NCBI GenBank assembly: GCA_013115145.1
Contig: JAAPAO010000080.1
Location: 24,223-88,222 of the forward strand
Source of the DNA: Perkinsus chesapeaki ATCC PRA-425
Taxonomy: Eukaryota > Protista > Perkinsozoa
Direction: 5' to 3'
DNA length: 64,000 bases
The translations under genes were made by a program, and so were the position numbers. This document shows, one piece after another, positions 1 through 11,809 of this stretch (the first letter of the stretch is position 1; every line of letters starts with the position of its first letter). Under the pieces are notes generated by a model. That model was not told the DNA's origin. It did no database searches and saw nothing but the letters and a program-made list of their open reading frames with translations.

Positions 1-560
1 CCAGGATCTCTGTGTCTTCGTGCCATACGATTCTGTGAGTCTGGCGCACTTGCCCTTGAACAAGGCAGTAACGTGGCGAAGACTCTCCTCTTGCGGCTCT
101 GAGAGAGGAATTGTCGAGAAGGGGCGCCACCGATCAACCCATCACCCTTTTTCTGCTGCTGGCAGGCCTTGGCAATTGGCGGCCAGTAAGTAGTAAAGCT
201 GGTCACGATCGAAACCAACAGGGCCTACTAGAGGCTCGCTCAACCTGGATTGCTGACAATAACACAAAGCCATGCAGTCGAGGGTCTACCCGTTGTTATT
301 CCCGAGAAGTATAGAGCCTGCTGGCCACGATCTAGCCAGGGTGCCCGAGCAAACAGCAGTGCCAAGCTGGAAAAGAGACACTCATCGGGCCAACGAATAC
401 TAGGGGGAACTACCTTCCCTGTGTGGTCCATGAAGATGCACTCTTTCTTGTCCTGTGGTCCGTATGCATAGGCGATAATCACAGCTTCGTCACTTTGCAG
501 CTGAGGCGACTGTCTTGGCCGAGATGGAGCACTCTGGCAATGGAGACTCTCATTAATTAC
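1..560 (-). CDS. Hypothetical multi-exon protein, truncated at the left window edge
   Basis: Hand-spliced GT-AG exons stay in frame: ..AYGPQDKKECIFMDHTGK|LGTAVCSGTLARSWPAGSILLGNNN|GLSEPLVGPVGFDRDQLYYLLAANCQGLPAAEK|..VRQTHRIVWHEDTEIL. No family recognised; start codon uncertain. Confidence 0.35.
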
Positions 561-687
561 GTGGCGAGTGATAAAATTAGGTGTCCATGCCGGGTGGTAA
601 TCAAATTAGAGCCCCGAGTCAACGGCTCAGCTAAGTCATACCGGATCCCCCTCTACTACCCGCAATGCATGCCTCTGAAGCGGCCCG

Positions 688-2703
688 CTACTCGACATAA
701 CATGACGCCTTTGGACCTACACGAGGAAGCCCATCCAAGGAGGAGAATCGCCGTTGTCCCACTGATTGTGCCGTCTTGGGAGTGACCGACCTCCTCGCCG
801 ATGGAAGCCTGCCGAAGGAATGCCTACCGCGAATGAAACTCCACCTACCCAGTCGACATGGACCTCCACGACGCGTCCAGTGGCTTGCTAGTGTGTTGGG
901 CCGATGATGGCTTGGAGCTCTCGAGCTGAGACTGCAGCCTGAGGAAGAGCCGCTCTCGGATGGGTTGCATCAAACTGTCCCACCCTTTCTTGATGAGCTC
1001 GAGCTCACGTAAGGCTTCTCTGGCGAAGGTTGCCTAGAGTATGATGACGCTCCGACAGTAACAGTTGATAGTCCTACAGCTAGCTCGGCCCTCTCCAACA
1101 TATCGCTGACACTACTCGAAGACGGTGACAGCAACGTCATTTACTAGTTTGGCAAATCACTGAGATATTGACTGAGCTAAGCAACGCAAGCCGGCAGAGA
1201 GTGCACAAAGGCTGCATCAAGCAAACATCATTCCTCTTACCACAGAAGACATGTCACTACAGGGTACGTAAGGGGCATCACTATTGGGAGTGCTCAAAGG
1301 CCGAGATGAAAGTGCTCTACACGCCTCGATGCTACCGGCTTTGCGGGCTATGTCCACCGCCGTTTCGCCGTAACTATGCCCAAGAACCACACATCCGCGA
1401 GGACACCCCGGCGAGGGGTGATGAAAAGTGCGGGGGAACACACAGTTCGTAAGGCCCTACCTGTTCCTCGTTGAGACGTCCGCCCCGTATTGAAGCAAGA
1501 GCTCCAACATTGGTAAAGACTGGTTCCTTCGACATGCTATCATGAGAGGCGTATCCAGCCAAATATCTTTGCGGTTGATATCAGCCTTAAGCCTGAGCAA
1601 TCGATACTGAGGAGCTCCAAGTGAAAACTTATAATACTTTAGAAGGGTTTCCACTGTTCGAACATGACCAGCGTTCACGGCGACAGCAAGTGCACTGGAA
1701 CCGAGGGAATTCGTGGCCGCTACCTAATGACCAGAACATGATGAGGCGCCTAAATATCGAGATTTCTGCTACTGTGGCACCCCTTTGCACGAGCAACTTG
1801 CACATCTCTGAATGACCTTCAGCGGCCGCCACCAGTAAAGGACTTTGCCTCGTGCGATCTTGGATGTTAGGATCAGCCTTCGCATCAAGAATCTTGCGCA
1901 TCTGAAAGAATCCCGCAATTGCACAAACCCTCTCTCATCTATCCAGGATAGACAATTTTTGTGTTCTATACCACACTTCGCACAACTCGTAACCTAACTA
2001 GGCGTTGAGGGGACAACAACCCTTGTCGACTGTACTCGAACAGGATCACTTATGTAGAGATTTCCTTTCGTTCACAAGAGTACTCTTGACAAAACCCTAA
2101 ACCGTGATGATGATATGTATACCACATCCACTCGGAGGTTTAGTCCACAGTAATAATAATTGTGCGACTTCGATGAGTTTAATACTTCAACAGAAGTTAC
2201 GGATGTTGGTAATACTGAGCGGTTAACAATTAATCAATAAATTTACTTTTCGATTATCTTAATTCCGCAATGGATTAACGGTGGCTTTTCTCTCATCAAT
2301 TAGCCATATTATATTTATAATTTATCATCCTACATAATATATACTGTATGTTTTTTATAGTAAGTCTCTATAACGACAAGTATGTTTTTCTTATGCCTGT
2401 TGGATATAGTCATCATACACAGCGGCGATACGCCTGGTAAGTAGGGTATACGATCAGAAAACTTATTGACTAAGAGACGATTGTGGTTGATTGGATTGAA
2501 CATCAGCAAGAAGATTAAACACGTACGTCTGTGATATTCCCAGTTCTTGCCGCGTTGTTGATATCTTCAAATGCGATACTTATTTTTTGAGACCCTTCTT
2601 CAACGCTACTGTCTGGTTGTACGAGAACAATCCTCCCGGTATGCACGTCATGATCAGGTAGCTGCGAGCTGAAATAAGAGTTATGGCATTCAACTGTGAT
2701 CAT
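688..2703 (-). CDS. Ankyrin-repeat protein (multi-exon)
   Basis: Ankyrin consensus fragments: INNAARTGN (2515-2703 ORF); LDAKADPNIQDRTRQSPLLVAAAEGHSEMCKLLVQRGA (1629-1901); LKADINRKDIWLDTPLMIACRR..LELLLQYGADV (1457-1678). A helical, low-complexity C-terminal part follows, ending at TAG ~688. Outer boundaries are inferred. Confidence 0.72.
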
Positions 2704-2765
2704 CTAACGCTAAGTAGGATTCACCTTCGTAGATCACAACAAACCAAGTGCAAACAACAACCGCG

Positions 2766-4700
2766 TCACAAGGACTCTGCGTATTGATAAGACCAAATTG
2801 GAATCCGGCGCCGTGCGAGAACATACATCCATTCGCTCGGTACTCGTAGAGGTATACAAAAATCACACGGCGTTCCCGTTCTGGAGAACTGGTAATCCAG
2901 TGGGTCGTGATAATTCGCTTGTAGCATCTTGGCTTTAGCCGTTAGTAGTGAACCTACGAGCGAGACTGCTCTCTATGGAGCTGTTTGCTATCTAGCACGA
3001 TACGCTAAAACTAGCGTATCCCAATGAATAACAGCTGGTGACTGGCTAGTGATCTTACCCGAGAAAAACTTCGGTTCACTATCAGCTAGGTCAAATGCAG
3101 CTGGTTCAAGCGTAGATAATCTGACGATCCCAGACGGGGGAGAATCATACTGGGTGGCTTTACATCTAAACATATAGCCCGTTTTCGGGTGCTTCTGGGC
3201 TGGGTTTACCGTAGGTGGGGATCCGCAAATTTGGCGAGAATTAGTGACCAAAGCTCGGCTGCGCTTCCTGTATTACACACTTGCCGAAATGCCGAAAGAT
3301 CGACGTACCTAACCCGAAGTAAAGCCGTGAAGGAACCGAGGACACTCACATGAAAAGGTAAGTGTAGTCATCCCTGTAGCTCCTCCCCAGGCGCCTCGCA
3401 CTACTGGTTAGGGCCGTACCAGTAGACAGATGATAAAGAACTACAGTTCCACCCAACGGGAAGCACTCGCGGTACCTGTGCCGGAGTGTTCAATTCACAC
3501 TTGTGCACCAAGGAAGTCAGTTACTCATAGCCTAATGGTAGCTCACTGTCAGCAACTGGCCTTAGCAGCCTGCGCGGCTCGACTGTTCGTGAACGACTAT
3601 TCTCGAAGTAGCAGTGGAGATGGCGCGGTCGAGATTGGTGTGATATATGCGCCCGCATGGTTTCGAAAACGCAAGTCTCTGAAAGTTTAGCCTCTGCCTT
3701 TACTTTCCCTCACCCAGATCGCCTCTCCCAATGAGACCGTACTAGTTAATCAACTCAATACACACTTGCGGGTTTCTAGCAGAGACGACTGCGTTGGAAA
3801 CCAGGACTACAAATAATCCATAAATAGGACTACCATAGAAGCGGAAATTACAGAACAATTTTCGACTGCAATTTATTGCCGTCACATCCGCCTAGCATTC
3901 CAATGAACTATCTGCTAGCTGCCAGCTCTCCCGGGGACAGGTTACAGAACCCTGATGGATAGAGATCTACAGCATGCGTCGAATCCAACGATCGACGGCC
4001 TCTGTGTAGGAACCAAGCCTAGGAATGACTCATTGTCAACGCATGCTGCTTTTCGGGACCGAACTCATAAATTCAGGCTATAGCAGCGCTGAATGGCCAT
4101 GATACAGATAAGATGACCAACAAACTCATAGAGGACTGGATAGTCGTACAGAACTTCCGCTTCCATCGCAAAGAAAATAGGAAACGATGATGATGACAGT
4201 AGGACGACAGCTCAATCATTTGGGCATCGGTAATAGAGGATTCTCACAGATTCCTCAGCCTCAAATACCGAGTTACTTTTACGGCATTCACACACATCCA
4301 GGAAGCGCGTGGCTCCTGCAGCAGTGCGCTCCAATGATAACATTACACGGCTTTATACTAGTGAAAGAATTGAAGGACCGTCAATGGTACAAAATAACAT
4401 TATAATTAGCCCTTCGGTCACACGGGAGACACGATAACTACTCATTCGTGCCCATGATGATGTACAACATTACAAATAAGGCGTGGGACTTGGACAACAT
4501 CTAACCGATTACTGTAATACAGCGACGGTTAAACAGCAGAGGAAAAATAATCCGCATATAAGCAGCAGGCTGCAAGCCCACTCAAGCCTACAAGCGGTAG
4601 AGGAAAATCATTATCCACGAGCACTAGTATGCTCAATGTCACCTATCTAAACAACTAGGTCTTTTATAGATGACGACTTGTACTGCTAGTTCATTGGGTC
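2766..4700 (-). CDS. Hypothetical protein, possibly N-terminally membrane-anchored
   Basis: Exon-like segments: hydrophobic LEWACSLLLICGLFFLCCLTVAVLQ (~4510-4595), the ORF 2988-3251, and a terminal exon AKAKMLQANYHDPLDYQFSRTGTPCDFCIPLRVPSEWMYVLARRRIPIWSYQYAESL* (stop 2766-2768). The full model could not be resolved. Confidence 0.38.
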
Positions 4701-4873
4701 ACGAGTACTAGAGGCTGGCATTAAAGCAGTAGTAGATACAATGAGCATAGCGTGTCGCCTTTGCCGTAGATAATAGACTACTATATGATGATTGTGTCAA
4801 GATAGACAAAGTATGTCAAAAAATGGGAACAGCTCCTTCATTATCGTGCATCATCATCGTCATTCAATAGAAA

Positions 4874-5987
4874 TTACTCATTCGTCAAATCTAAATCACA
4901 TCCCATAGCTTCCATCCTAGCTAAAATATCCTCATCAGAATCACAGTTACAATCTTCTGTGTCACATCTTCCTTTCTCCCTAATAGACTTTATACATACT
5001 ACAACCAGAACTCATCAACTCACCCTTTTAACCGACGGTAAGAGGATGTAGCTGATGCTGCAGCACGATATCCACGTGAACTACTCCTGTCTGGTAGACT
5101 ATCCATATACTCTTCCAGATCGTAAATAGTCTCAGATCTGGTGCACCACTTTATATTGATTCTCACACCAACTCCCCTCTCCCACCTTTCCCTTCCATAT
5201 CGAGGCCGAGAGGGCTCAGTTCCCATGAGATGAGCCATCTCCTGGAGGTCATCAGGAGATGAGTAGGTTTTATCACGCAGTGCCGAATGACCGTCAAAGT
5301 TCTTCAAGACACATTCTGATCAAAGTAAGCATTAAAACAATTTCGTCCATTCGACGAACCTGTCTCAAGAAGGATTCCCTGCCATTCAGTTGGTTCTCCA
5401 TAAAGTGACAATTCTTGGTCGGCCACTACACCATCCCGTGGGAAAAGGTTTTTAGATTCAGAGAATGGTGAAAATGAACGGGACGGCGGCTTCGACTCAT
5501 CAGAATTGCTTTCTGCTCTGATGCAGAAACGAACGCGAACAGTGGGTTCGAATCGCACGCTTGACTTAAGCGAGAATGCCCCCACTGAATGACGGCTCTT
5601 GGCGGGGGGAGATGACGCTACAGTGGACGGACTGAATACAAAGATGGCCATGATCAATATTTCATCGCCATTGTTTTATTACGTTTTGTCCGCACAGAAA
5701 GACAACCATCCATCTTTGTTGCAGCAGCAGGTACACTCTTCTATAGGGCTCTCATCTGAAATAGGACGATACTCACCAAGCAGTGGACCACCTGAACCGA
5801 CGCTGCCAGACTTCTTCAACCCCAATTGTTCCGTCGAAATGCCCTCCCTATTCTCCCTTACCATTAGATATCCAAAGTCCCTTGAGTTGCACCATATTAC
5901 TATCATTATCGAATGCCTTGGCAGGTCTCCTATAATGAGCAGATGACATGACGCAACATTAACAGCGGCAGGCATTACATTGCACAA
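4874..5987 (-). CDS. Hypothetical low-complexity, acidic C-terminal protein
   Basis: Co-directional ORFs 5679-5987, 5304-5657 and 5020-5307 are joined by plausible short introns. The terminal exon reads EKGRCDTEDCNCDSDEDILARMEAMGCDLDLTNE* (TAA 4874-4876). No family recognised. Confidence 0.4.
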
Positions 5988-6456
5988 TCGCCTATCTCGT
6001 CAGTGAACCGGCGGGCTTTTACGTTAGACTTCCAATAAGACGAAGAAGACGGCAGAATGGATGACTTTATTAATGTGGAATTTGCTTCTTGGGAAAGCAT
6101 GACATCACAATGGATTACGCAACACAAGCGACAAGATCATGCGCGCGCGTTCGGCAATTTAGCGCGCGCCCAGTTGATCGATTTCCACTAACACCACAAT
6201 TGACTGCGCAAGCCTATTAGTTCAGTGTTCCGAGGGGGTTGATAATGGACATTATCTTGGATGACGGGCATAACCGTGTAAGCAACTTGATAGTAGTAGT
6301 GATAATAAAGGATACAACAACAACGCATAGAAACGGCGGCTTGGGGCGGCAGCAGCGGCGGCGAGGCATCACCAACAACAGCAACATTCGAAGCCGTGGT
6401 GGGCGACGTGGCAATGGCACTCGCTGCTCCGCGCAGAGCTACTGAACAGCAACACC

Positions 6457-9278
6457 TTAAGAGAACTCCTTAACCGGGGCCGTCTCCTGCCAGAACCGAC
6501 GGAAGAAATCGAAGAATTCGGCTGAGGTGCTGACCTTGTACCTAAACGACGGCAATTCACAGGCACGCGGATGAGTGCTTGCATTGTTACGGTGTAGGGT
6601 TGATTGGACGGAGATGGTCCTTTCTAAAGGTCTTCCTCGTTTTATTGAAATGCTCCTTTGCACTGTGGATGTCCGGGCGATCGTTATCCTTTGTGCGAGG
6701 TGACGAAGTTAGATGAACTGCCTTGCCTGAGGATGACAAACGACGACGACGGCGTGCAATTTCTTCACAGTGCGATTAATCATACCATTTTTCCACACGC
6801 AGATCAGCAGAGGCTCCACCTTCCTTGGAGTAACGTAGCACCTGCATCACACGCCAATGAGAACAGTCCCGGGTTCAAGGAAGGACAGGTACCTTTTTTG
6901 TTCGTCGAATAAGTGCCGGCAAAATACCTTAGTATCCGGCTGGGGCTTGGGCTCCTCCTCTCCCTGCATAATGTCCAGTATGGCCATGCCATCCTGACCG
7001 TACCTACCAACACCCACCATCAGCTACTAACAAACAGCAACAACTCCGTACAAACGGTAAACTGCTTTCCTGGACGGAATGCCCTGTTTGACGAAGTCCT
7101 GGGACAGCTTCATCCGCGGTTGACCATTGAGTTCCACCAGCTTGTATCTGCACCACAGCAGCAGCAGCCTAATACCACGCTGACTATCATGACTTCTTAC
7201 ACCATGCCGAGAGCAGGCTGTGCTTGGCAGGTAACGAGATTGGTACCGATACCAAATGAATCGATGGAATGTGGCTGGTCATGCAGTGACAGTAGCACGG
7301 CCTCATTGATGTCGTTGGATGCGACAATACGCGCTAACAGAGATAACAAAATACAAAGCGATCATCGTTTAGCGCATGGGTAAGCTCACATCGGGCGATG
7401 AACTGGAACCCTTCATCGGCGAAGGCATCAGCAGCGGTAGAGAACACCTCTCGAGCTCTCATACTCAGGTACCTGATGGTAGCGATCATGTGATGACGTT
7501 ATGGTCAAATATCCTTGAGTCCTAAATTTGGTAATCGAAGCGCTAGGCAACTGCAAACCGCCAAGTGAGAAATATCCAGCACGATTTTGATGTATCCTCT
7601 GAACTCTCTCCTCTCATCAACATATGTCGGCGACTGACAATGTCACTGCGCCACGAAACTCCGACTTACGCAAGATCGCCGCTGTCGAGCCGAATGCCGA
7701 CAGCTTGGATTTTGGCGAACCTCCAGAGACCGAGAGCAACACTGAGGTAGTTGGGTACACCGGATACGATGGTCTCATAGGTGTCAACCAGCGCCAGGAA
7801 ATTAGTAGGAAAAGCTTGGGCGTAACGGATGAAGGCCGCAAGCTCACCGTCATTACAGCAGTTGACCTGAGAAGAAGAATCTAGTGAGAACGAAATGGAG
7901 GACCTACATGGAAGCCGATAGCTTCACATAGCTCCTCTCGGGCGCTGATGCAAGCTTGCTCAAATTCATGAGTGTTCACCTTTGCCGACAGGGAATTGAC
8001 TGAGGAATGATGCCGCCGTAATGCAGCGTAGCAGTATTACGATCAGGAGACTTCCTGGTGTCCTCCTCGAGATCGTCAAGGGAATGGAAGCTATTAACAA
8101 AGGCGTGTGCGTGAGTGCCGGCAATAGGGATGCCAAACACGTTACCAGCCTTCACATTCGAGGTACCTGGACCACCACCGCGGTGAAATGCAGCAGAAGG
8201 CAGTCCGATGGGAAGTACCGTCGAAGCCACCGACATAAGCGTAGCGGCTGGCCGTGAGGGCGGCGTCGGGGCCTTGAGCTCGTCGAGCGCCGAACTCTAA
8301 AAGCTGGGCGTCATCGCCTGCTACGATACGGAAGCGAGCAGCTTGTGTCGCCACCTGAGGAGACCGAAAATGCCGGCAACAAGTCCCGAAGGAGCCGCGA
8401 GTACCAAACACGGGAAGTTGACGAGGTTAAGAATAGCCGTCTCCATCAGCTGGCAGACAATGAGGGGGCCGGACACCCGCAGCACTGGCTCACGGGGGAA
8501 GACAAACTGATCGAAAACAACTGCTCGAAGGAGGCGGGCTACACCGGAATGTTGCTACGTCGCCTTCTCGGACGGCGTCAATAGTTACATCACTAGCGTC
8601 GAGCGTTAACAGATACTGGAAAAAATCTGGGTCGGCTTCGGGCATTTGGCTCTGTAAGGGAGTAATGAACCACACATGGCAACGTCCACCTTACCTGGAG
8701 ATAGTCGATGTGAAGTTGAGTGAATCGGAAAGTATTTACATATCTCACTACCTCATCGATACCTATATCAACAACAACTGAACATGGGGAAGGCTGCCGC
8801 CGTAGGCGCTACCGGCACAGACTGTGAATTCGCCACCGAATGGACACTTGCGGAAATAGGCATCGAAAACGGCATGCTCCTTATCTTTACCAGCTTTCCT
8901 GATGAAGACGAAATAACGGCGAGAATGGGTGAGTAAGGCTACCAGTAGGCGTAGGCCATCGTGATCTGATATAGATCGGTGAAAGTGGCCTCGATGATGT
9001 CAGAATGAGGTTCGCCCATCTGACTGTCACATCGACAGCGAGAGAAAGCATGACCATCACAAGCTGAGAGGACATCTTATCAACCTCTTCAGTATCTTCC
9101 AGCTTCAAGCTAAGATATCCTTACGAGATTCGCACGCTGCATAACCCCTTGCAATATAGGAGCTGCTTCTTTCTCGATGAGCTTCTTCCTCTTCCTCCGT
9201 CCCACAGCTCCCTTTAAGACCGGGGATCTGCAGCTCGGCTTTACCCTCGCTCACTGGTGTTGACATAGTTTGCGGCAT
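6457..9278 (-). CDS. NAPRT: Nicotinate phosphoribosyltransferase (eukaryotic/plant-type, multi-exon)
   Basis: Family motifs read across exons: [149 protein letters not shown]. The start is ATG 9278 or 9266. Confidence 0.93.
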
Positions 9279-9293
9279 TGCTGGTGATATAGA

Positions 9294-11784
9294 TCAATCG
9301 ACCGTCGACAAGGCGGCGGAATATAAAGGGACGGTGGCTACTGACTGAAGCACAACTCCTCCTTCATGAACTACAACTCAACACTACCGCCTTTACTTCA
9401 TAAAATAATAATTCGGTTAACTAGGAGCAATCCCCTTAAGTGCTCAGAGCTCTACACCGTACGTAGTCGGGGAACTACTTGTACTGCCGTCATCCATGGT
9501 GTCAACTAACCACCGTCATCATGAGCTCGCCTGCTCCCTACCACCACTACTACCTTCCGACTCCGCGCTGCCATCCTTGGCCAGCCCCCAACCCTCCTGC
9601 TGGGGCGATCCAAACCGCACCGATAAAGCGCTTCGGCTCCCTCGTTTTAATACCTGGTGGCCCCATTTATGGCCGCACACAATGAGACTGTCCCACTTTT
9701 TTCCGCAATATCTCGGCGATGGTTGGCCGTGTCCTTGGATCGGGATCTAGAATCTTCTTCACGAGGCTCCTGGTGGAGGGACTCACATGCGGAGACATAT
9801 ACGACATCATCATGCTATAAACCTGGAGATGAGTTCCGTCACTGCGCCACAAAATTAGTGATCCTACCTCCGAAGGAGAGGACTTGTCCGTTACCATACT
9901 GAGACCAATATTGCAATCGAGCTCCCACATGAACCTGATCGGCATTGCCTCCGGTGCATTGAAATTGCTACTGAAGTACTTTCCAGAGCACATTTCAAAT
10001 AGAACACATCCCAGCCCCCACACATCCCCAGGCTTCCCACACTCCGCCGAGCACAGCATCTCCGGTGACATATAGCAATCGGTACCTATCAGACCCGAAT
10101 ACCTGATGCACGATAACAACAAGGGGCATGCCTTACCAACTTGTACAGAGTCGCTGCTACTGGACACAGCAGAGGCGGCAGCTACTTTACGGTAGAAAGC
10201 CAGTGGTTTCTTGAGGGTCTTCTTGAGGCGTCCTCCTCCCCCACTCCCCCGGCTGCCCCTTTTCTCTATCTTATCGCGCTTGCAAAGGCCGAAGTCACCG
10301 AGCCTAACGTCACCGTTTTCAGTCAGGAAGACATTTTGTGACTTAATGTCTCGGTGTATGACATTCTGGGAATGGAGGTATTGCACAGCCTAAAAAGGAG
10401 ACAATTTGCACAATCGGTCCCCGGACGATAAGCAGTCTACGACAGTATTACCTGACAGAGCTGCTTGAACCATTTAAGCACCATAGCCTCTGTCATATCA
10501 TCAAAGTTGAGTTCGACTTGCTGCTTTACATCACCTAACCCATGCCCACCGTCTCTTCCACTACTCTCCTCCCCTTCACCCTACTACCGTTGGAGCAGTA
10601 CTCCATTAATATAAAGAAATACACCTTAACTCCCCACAGTGTGTGTTCAACGTGTATAAAGTCATCTATGTAGGATACTATATACCTACAAACCACAGCT
10701 CAGCTTTGCTAATGACCTAGATGGACTGGCTTCACCTGTGGTGCAGTCTGACGAGCTCCTTGGCCTCTGATGAGAAGCTATCCGCCTCTGTTACATTCGA
10801 GACCTTCAAACCAGCAAAGGCTGTTCTACACAATCGCTGTCTCCCCTACCGCAATTTTCTTCGCGGCGAAGAGCTCTCGCTTGTCACTCGCCAGAGACAG
10901 CAAATACACTTCACCGTATCCTCCGCTTCCTGAAGCCATCGAAGCTTTTGTCCAGGCAACTGCAATGCTGCCTTACCAAGTCGCCTTCGAGCTTTATAGT
11001 GTCCGCTGCATAACCAGCATTTACACCTGAAGACAGCTATTGTCTCAGCCATCAGCAGCAGCCTGGTACTGTTTTCGGCAAAGCAGCTTCACCGAATAGG
11101 CACAGCCCATAAGGCTCATGCCAGTAACAAGCGCGATTGCAGCGATCTCCGCGGCCGTCAGAGATGGCCCTCCACGGTCTCCATGAAGGCCTTGGTCAGA
11201 ACTAAAGGGGTACCCCCTGTGCCACAACAACAACGATGACTGCACTTCACCTCTGAGAAGCTGCTGTATGGCTCGGAGCTGCCCCTCCACACAGTGAGTT
11301 GCAGACAGAGTCCGCAAACTCAGGGCCTATGTCAACGGCAATGCGCCATAATCCACAGTGGCTACGTTACCCCATTGGAACCGCACATTAGCCGCCCCTG
11401 TACTGGGCATGGCCGACTGCTGCTGAGCACCACCAAACGGCTTTGCAACTGCCGATGGTACGCTGGCAGCACAACGGTAAGGTTGAGGTGCGGCTAGGAC
11501 CGAGGGGGCGGAGGCCTAATAAATAAATCCAAGGGAGACAGTAACGCTTGTTTTCCAACCAGTATATCATCATCGCTCCGAGAGGAACGCTCTGCACTGA
11601 CCAAGGCCACGGTAGACTGCAGGGCAGCCAGCGCGGCGAAGCCAATAGCAACGTGCCAGCGAAGACCGGTGGCCCACTGCGGCGGCCCAGGTAGCGTCAC
11701 TACCGCTGGGTGGCTGGAGCGATTGATATCATGCATTAGAAATATAACTGCAGATCGTCTCCATATAGCAGCAACGCTGCTCAT
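9294..11784 (-). CDS. Ser/Thr kinase, NEK-like catalytic domain, with N-terminal hydrophobic segment, short ectodomain and transmembrane helix
   Basis: Kinase motifs: LGSGGYGEVY, AAKK, HRDIKSQNVFLT..VRLGDFG, GTDCYMSPE, DVWGLGCVLFE, DPRTRPTIAEIL. Upstream exons splice in frame through AEIAAIALVTGMSLMGCAYSV (TM) and VAIGFAALAALQSTVALVSA (signal or anchor). The 3' end is uncertain (~9294 or ~9440). Confidence 0.85.
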
Positions 11785-11809
11785 ACCAGTGGTGAAAAGT
11801 TGGACATGA

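Noticed and set aside
2915-2940. GTAGCATCTTGGCTTTAG and, separately, TTGGCTCAAG at ~54475: spliced-leader-like strings
   Set aside because: The first is antisense to a coding exon with an indel and two mismatches; the second is an isolated 10-mer expected by chance.
6217-6445. Overlapping small ORFs on both strands downstream of NAPRT
   Set aside because: They derive from simple-repeat-rich 3' UTR sequence, with no splice or homology support.
6913-7383. 156-aa + strand ORF, and similar long opposite-strand ORFs (e.g. 5599-5946, 37262-37858, 38508-39107, 21205-21702)
   Set aside because: They are antisense shadows of well-supported genes on the other strand and carry no recognisable motifs.
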